Source: Azolla caroliniana (lineage: Eukaryota; Plantae; Polypodiophyta). Taken from it: a stretch of 64,000 nt of DNA. The position numbers and the translations under genes are program-made. Under the pieces are notes generated by a model, which saw only the letters and a list, made by a program, of their open reading frames with translations, was not told the DNA's origin and ran no database searches. This document shows positions 62,001-64,000 of this stretch, one piece after another. The DNA is taken from NCBI GenBank assembly GCA_043228905.1, contig JBHGNT010000015.1, positions 18,476,001-18,540,000 of the forward strand. The letters run 5' to 3'. How positions within the stretch are numbered: position 1 is the stretch's first letter; each line of letters opens with the position of its first letter.

Positions 62001-63727
62001 GAAACCGGGAGATGCCGGAAACCCCCCGAGATACAAAGCCAGGATCGTGGTGAAGGGGTTTCAGCAGAAGAAGGGCATCGACTTCGACGAGATATTTGCC
62101 CCGGTAGTGAAGATGACCTCCATCCGGACGGTGCTGAGCATAGCGGCAAGCATGGACCTCGAGGTAGAACAGATGGACGTGAAGACGACATTCCTTCACG
62201 GTGACCTCGATGAAGAGATCTACATGCAGCAACCGGAAGGATTCGAGAAGAAAGGGAAGGAGCACCTGGTATGCCGGTTGAAGAAGAGCCTTTACGGACT
62301 GAAGCAGGCTCCCCGGCAATGGTACCGGAAGTTCGACTCCTTCATGACCGACGAAGGGTACCTCAAAACGCAGTCCGACCACTGCGTGTTTGTGAAGAAG
62401 TTCGAAGGAGGAGACTTTCTAATACTCCTCCTGTACGTGGACGACATGTTGATCGTCGGACGGGACCAGGTCAAGATACGGATGCTAAAGAAGGCTCTTC
62501 ACCGAACCTTCTCAATGAAGGACCTGGGTCCGGCGAGGCAAATACTAGGGATGCACATCATCCGGGACCGGAAGAAGAAGCAGTTGTGGCTGTCACAGGA
62601 GAAGTACGTGACGAAGGTGCTTCACCGGTTCAACATGTCGGAAGCAAGACCGGTCGGATCGACCCTCCTGGCAAACTGCAAGCTGTCCAGCAAGCAAAGT
62701 CCCAAGACAAAGGCTGAAAAGGAGGATATGATGAAAGTGCCGTATGCCTCAGCCGTCGGGAGCTTGATGTACGCCATGGTGTGTACGAGACCGGACATAG
62801 GATATGCAGTCGGAGTGGTGAGCCGGTACATGAGCAATCCCGGCAAAGAGCATTGGAACGCGGCCAAGTGGATACTCCGATACCTGAAGGGCACGGCAAA
62901 CGTGTGCCTCCGATTCGGCTCCGGTAAGCCCGAACTCGACGGCTTCACCGATTCGGATATGTCGGCTGATGCAGATACCAGCCGGTCCACATCAGGGTAT
63001 GTGATGACGTATGCAGGGGGAGCAGTTTCGTGGCAGTCGAGGCTGCAGAAGACGGTTGCGTTGTCAACCACGGAGGCGGAGTACATGGCAGCTGTTGAAG
63101 CCGGCAAGGAAATAATATGGATGAAGGACTTCATTAGAGAGCTTGGTATCCGGCAAGAGGAGTACCGACTCTACTGCGACAGTCAGAGTGCAATCCACCT
63201 TGCGAAGAACGCGGCCTATCACTCCCGGACGAAGCACATTCAGCGAAGATATCACTGGATCCGGGAAAGGATAGAAGACAAGGAGTTCGTGCTGACAAAG
63301 ATCCACATGGACGAGAACGGGTCGGATATGCTGACCAAGGTGCTCACACCCGACAAGCTGGAAGCATGCCGGAAGAGGATCGGATTGGAAAGACATCCCA
63401 TGCCGAAGTGAAGGGGGAGTTTGTTGGGATTACGGTCCCTTCAGATGGGATGGTCGGATGTCGGAGATGAATGCCGACAAGCCCGGTTTCGGTTTCGGAA
63501 CCGGATGATGAAGACCCCGACTTCGGAGCCGGATGACGAATGTACCCGGAGAGCGATCCGAATGCAGGGACATATCCGTGAATATGTTTGCTATGGGCCC
63601 CTGAGGCTATAGTTGTAAATAGCCCCAAAGTCATAGATGTATAAATATGACTTAGGGCAAACTGTTTTAGTGCTGCTGATCATTTTTCTGTTTTTCCACT
63701 CAAGAGGAGTGAAGAGGGAACAACCGT

Positions 63728-63760
<33 letters not shown>

Positions 63761-64000
63761 CGCGAGAGAGGAAGAGGACGACGCCTCTGTGTATTTCCGC
63801 CGCCTGTGGCGAGGACAGCGAGCTCAAGGTCGTCGCCTTGCAGCTCGCCATTGTATACTTCTCTTTGTATAGTGTTGGTTTGGAGTCTTGTACTCCCGTG
63901 GTTTTTCCCATCTAGGGTTTTCCACGTTAATCCCTGCGTATTCGTGTGTTTCTCTCTTTGGTTCCTATTTTCTGCTGCATTGATTCGCGATTACTCGGTT
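58689..64000 (+). mobile_element. Young near-intact Ty1/Copia (Tnt1/Tork-like); 3' LTR runs off the window
   Basis: 5' LTR 58689-59308, PBS TGGTATCAGAGC 59312-59323, PPT GAAGGGGGAG, 3' LTR from 63422; about 4 substitutions plus a GA-length difference between the visible LTR parts. Confidence 0.95.
59339..63411 (+). CDS. Copia gag-pol polyprotein with a single 1-nt frameshift at about 61920
   Basis: CFHCGKPGHFRKNC, WVVDSGAS, LWHKRLCHMSEKG, HTDVC/RADNGGEY/NGLAER, then YVDDML and KHIQRRYHWIRE in the second ORF. The expected MDSLHEN reads GATTC|CTG, one C short. Confidence 0.9.

Overview
Eukaryotic DNA from a plant, most likely a non-seed land plant such as a fern or lycophyte (inferred from the retroelement mix and a bacterial-type tRNase Z). 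Most of the window is nested LTR retrotransposons. The one clear host gene is a 12-exon short-form RNase Z (43355-48603, +) with a putative organellar presequence, a 16-nt microexon and a probable U12-type intron. The most notable element is a young, GC-rich, intact Ty3/Gypsy copy resembling the fungal Ylt1 group (16608-23988; LTRs look identical, tRNA-Trp PBS, 4-bp TSD). All four readable insertion sites of this family have a central CG. An older copy of the family points to a -1 frameshift cassette after the protease (slippery heptamer plus a conserved pseudoknot), which is fused in frame in the young copy. Also present: chromoviruses, Tcn1-like LTRs with antisense tRNA-like boxes or heat-shock elements, several Copia elements (one lacking RT/RNase H), solo LTRs and a possible Sola-like DNA transposon remnant. 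Everything was read by eye; clade names come from motif recognition, not database searches.
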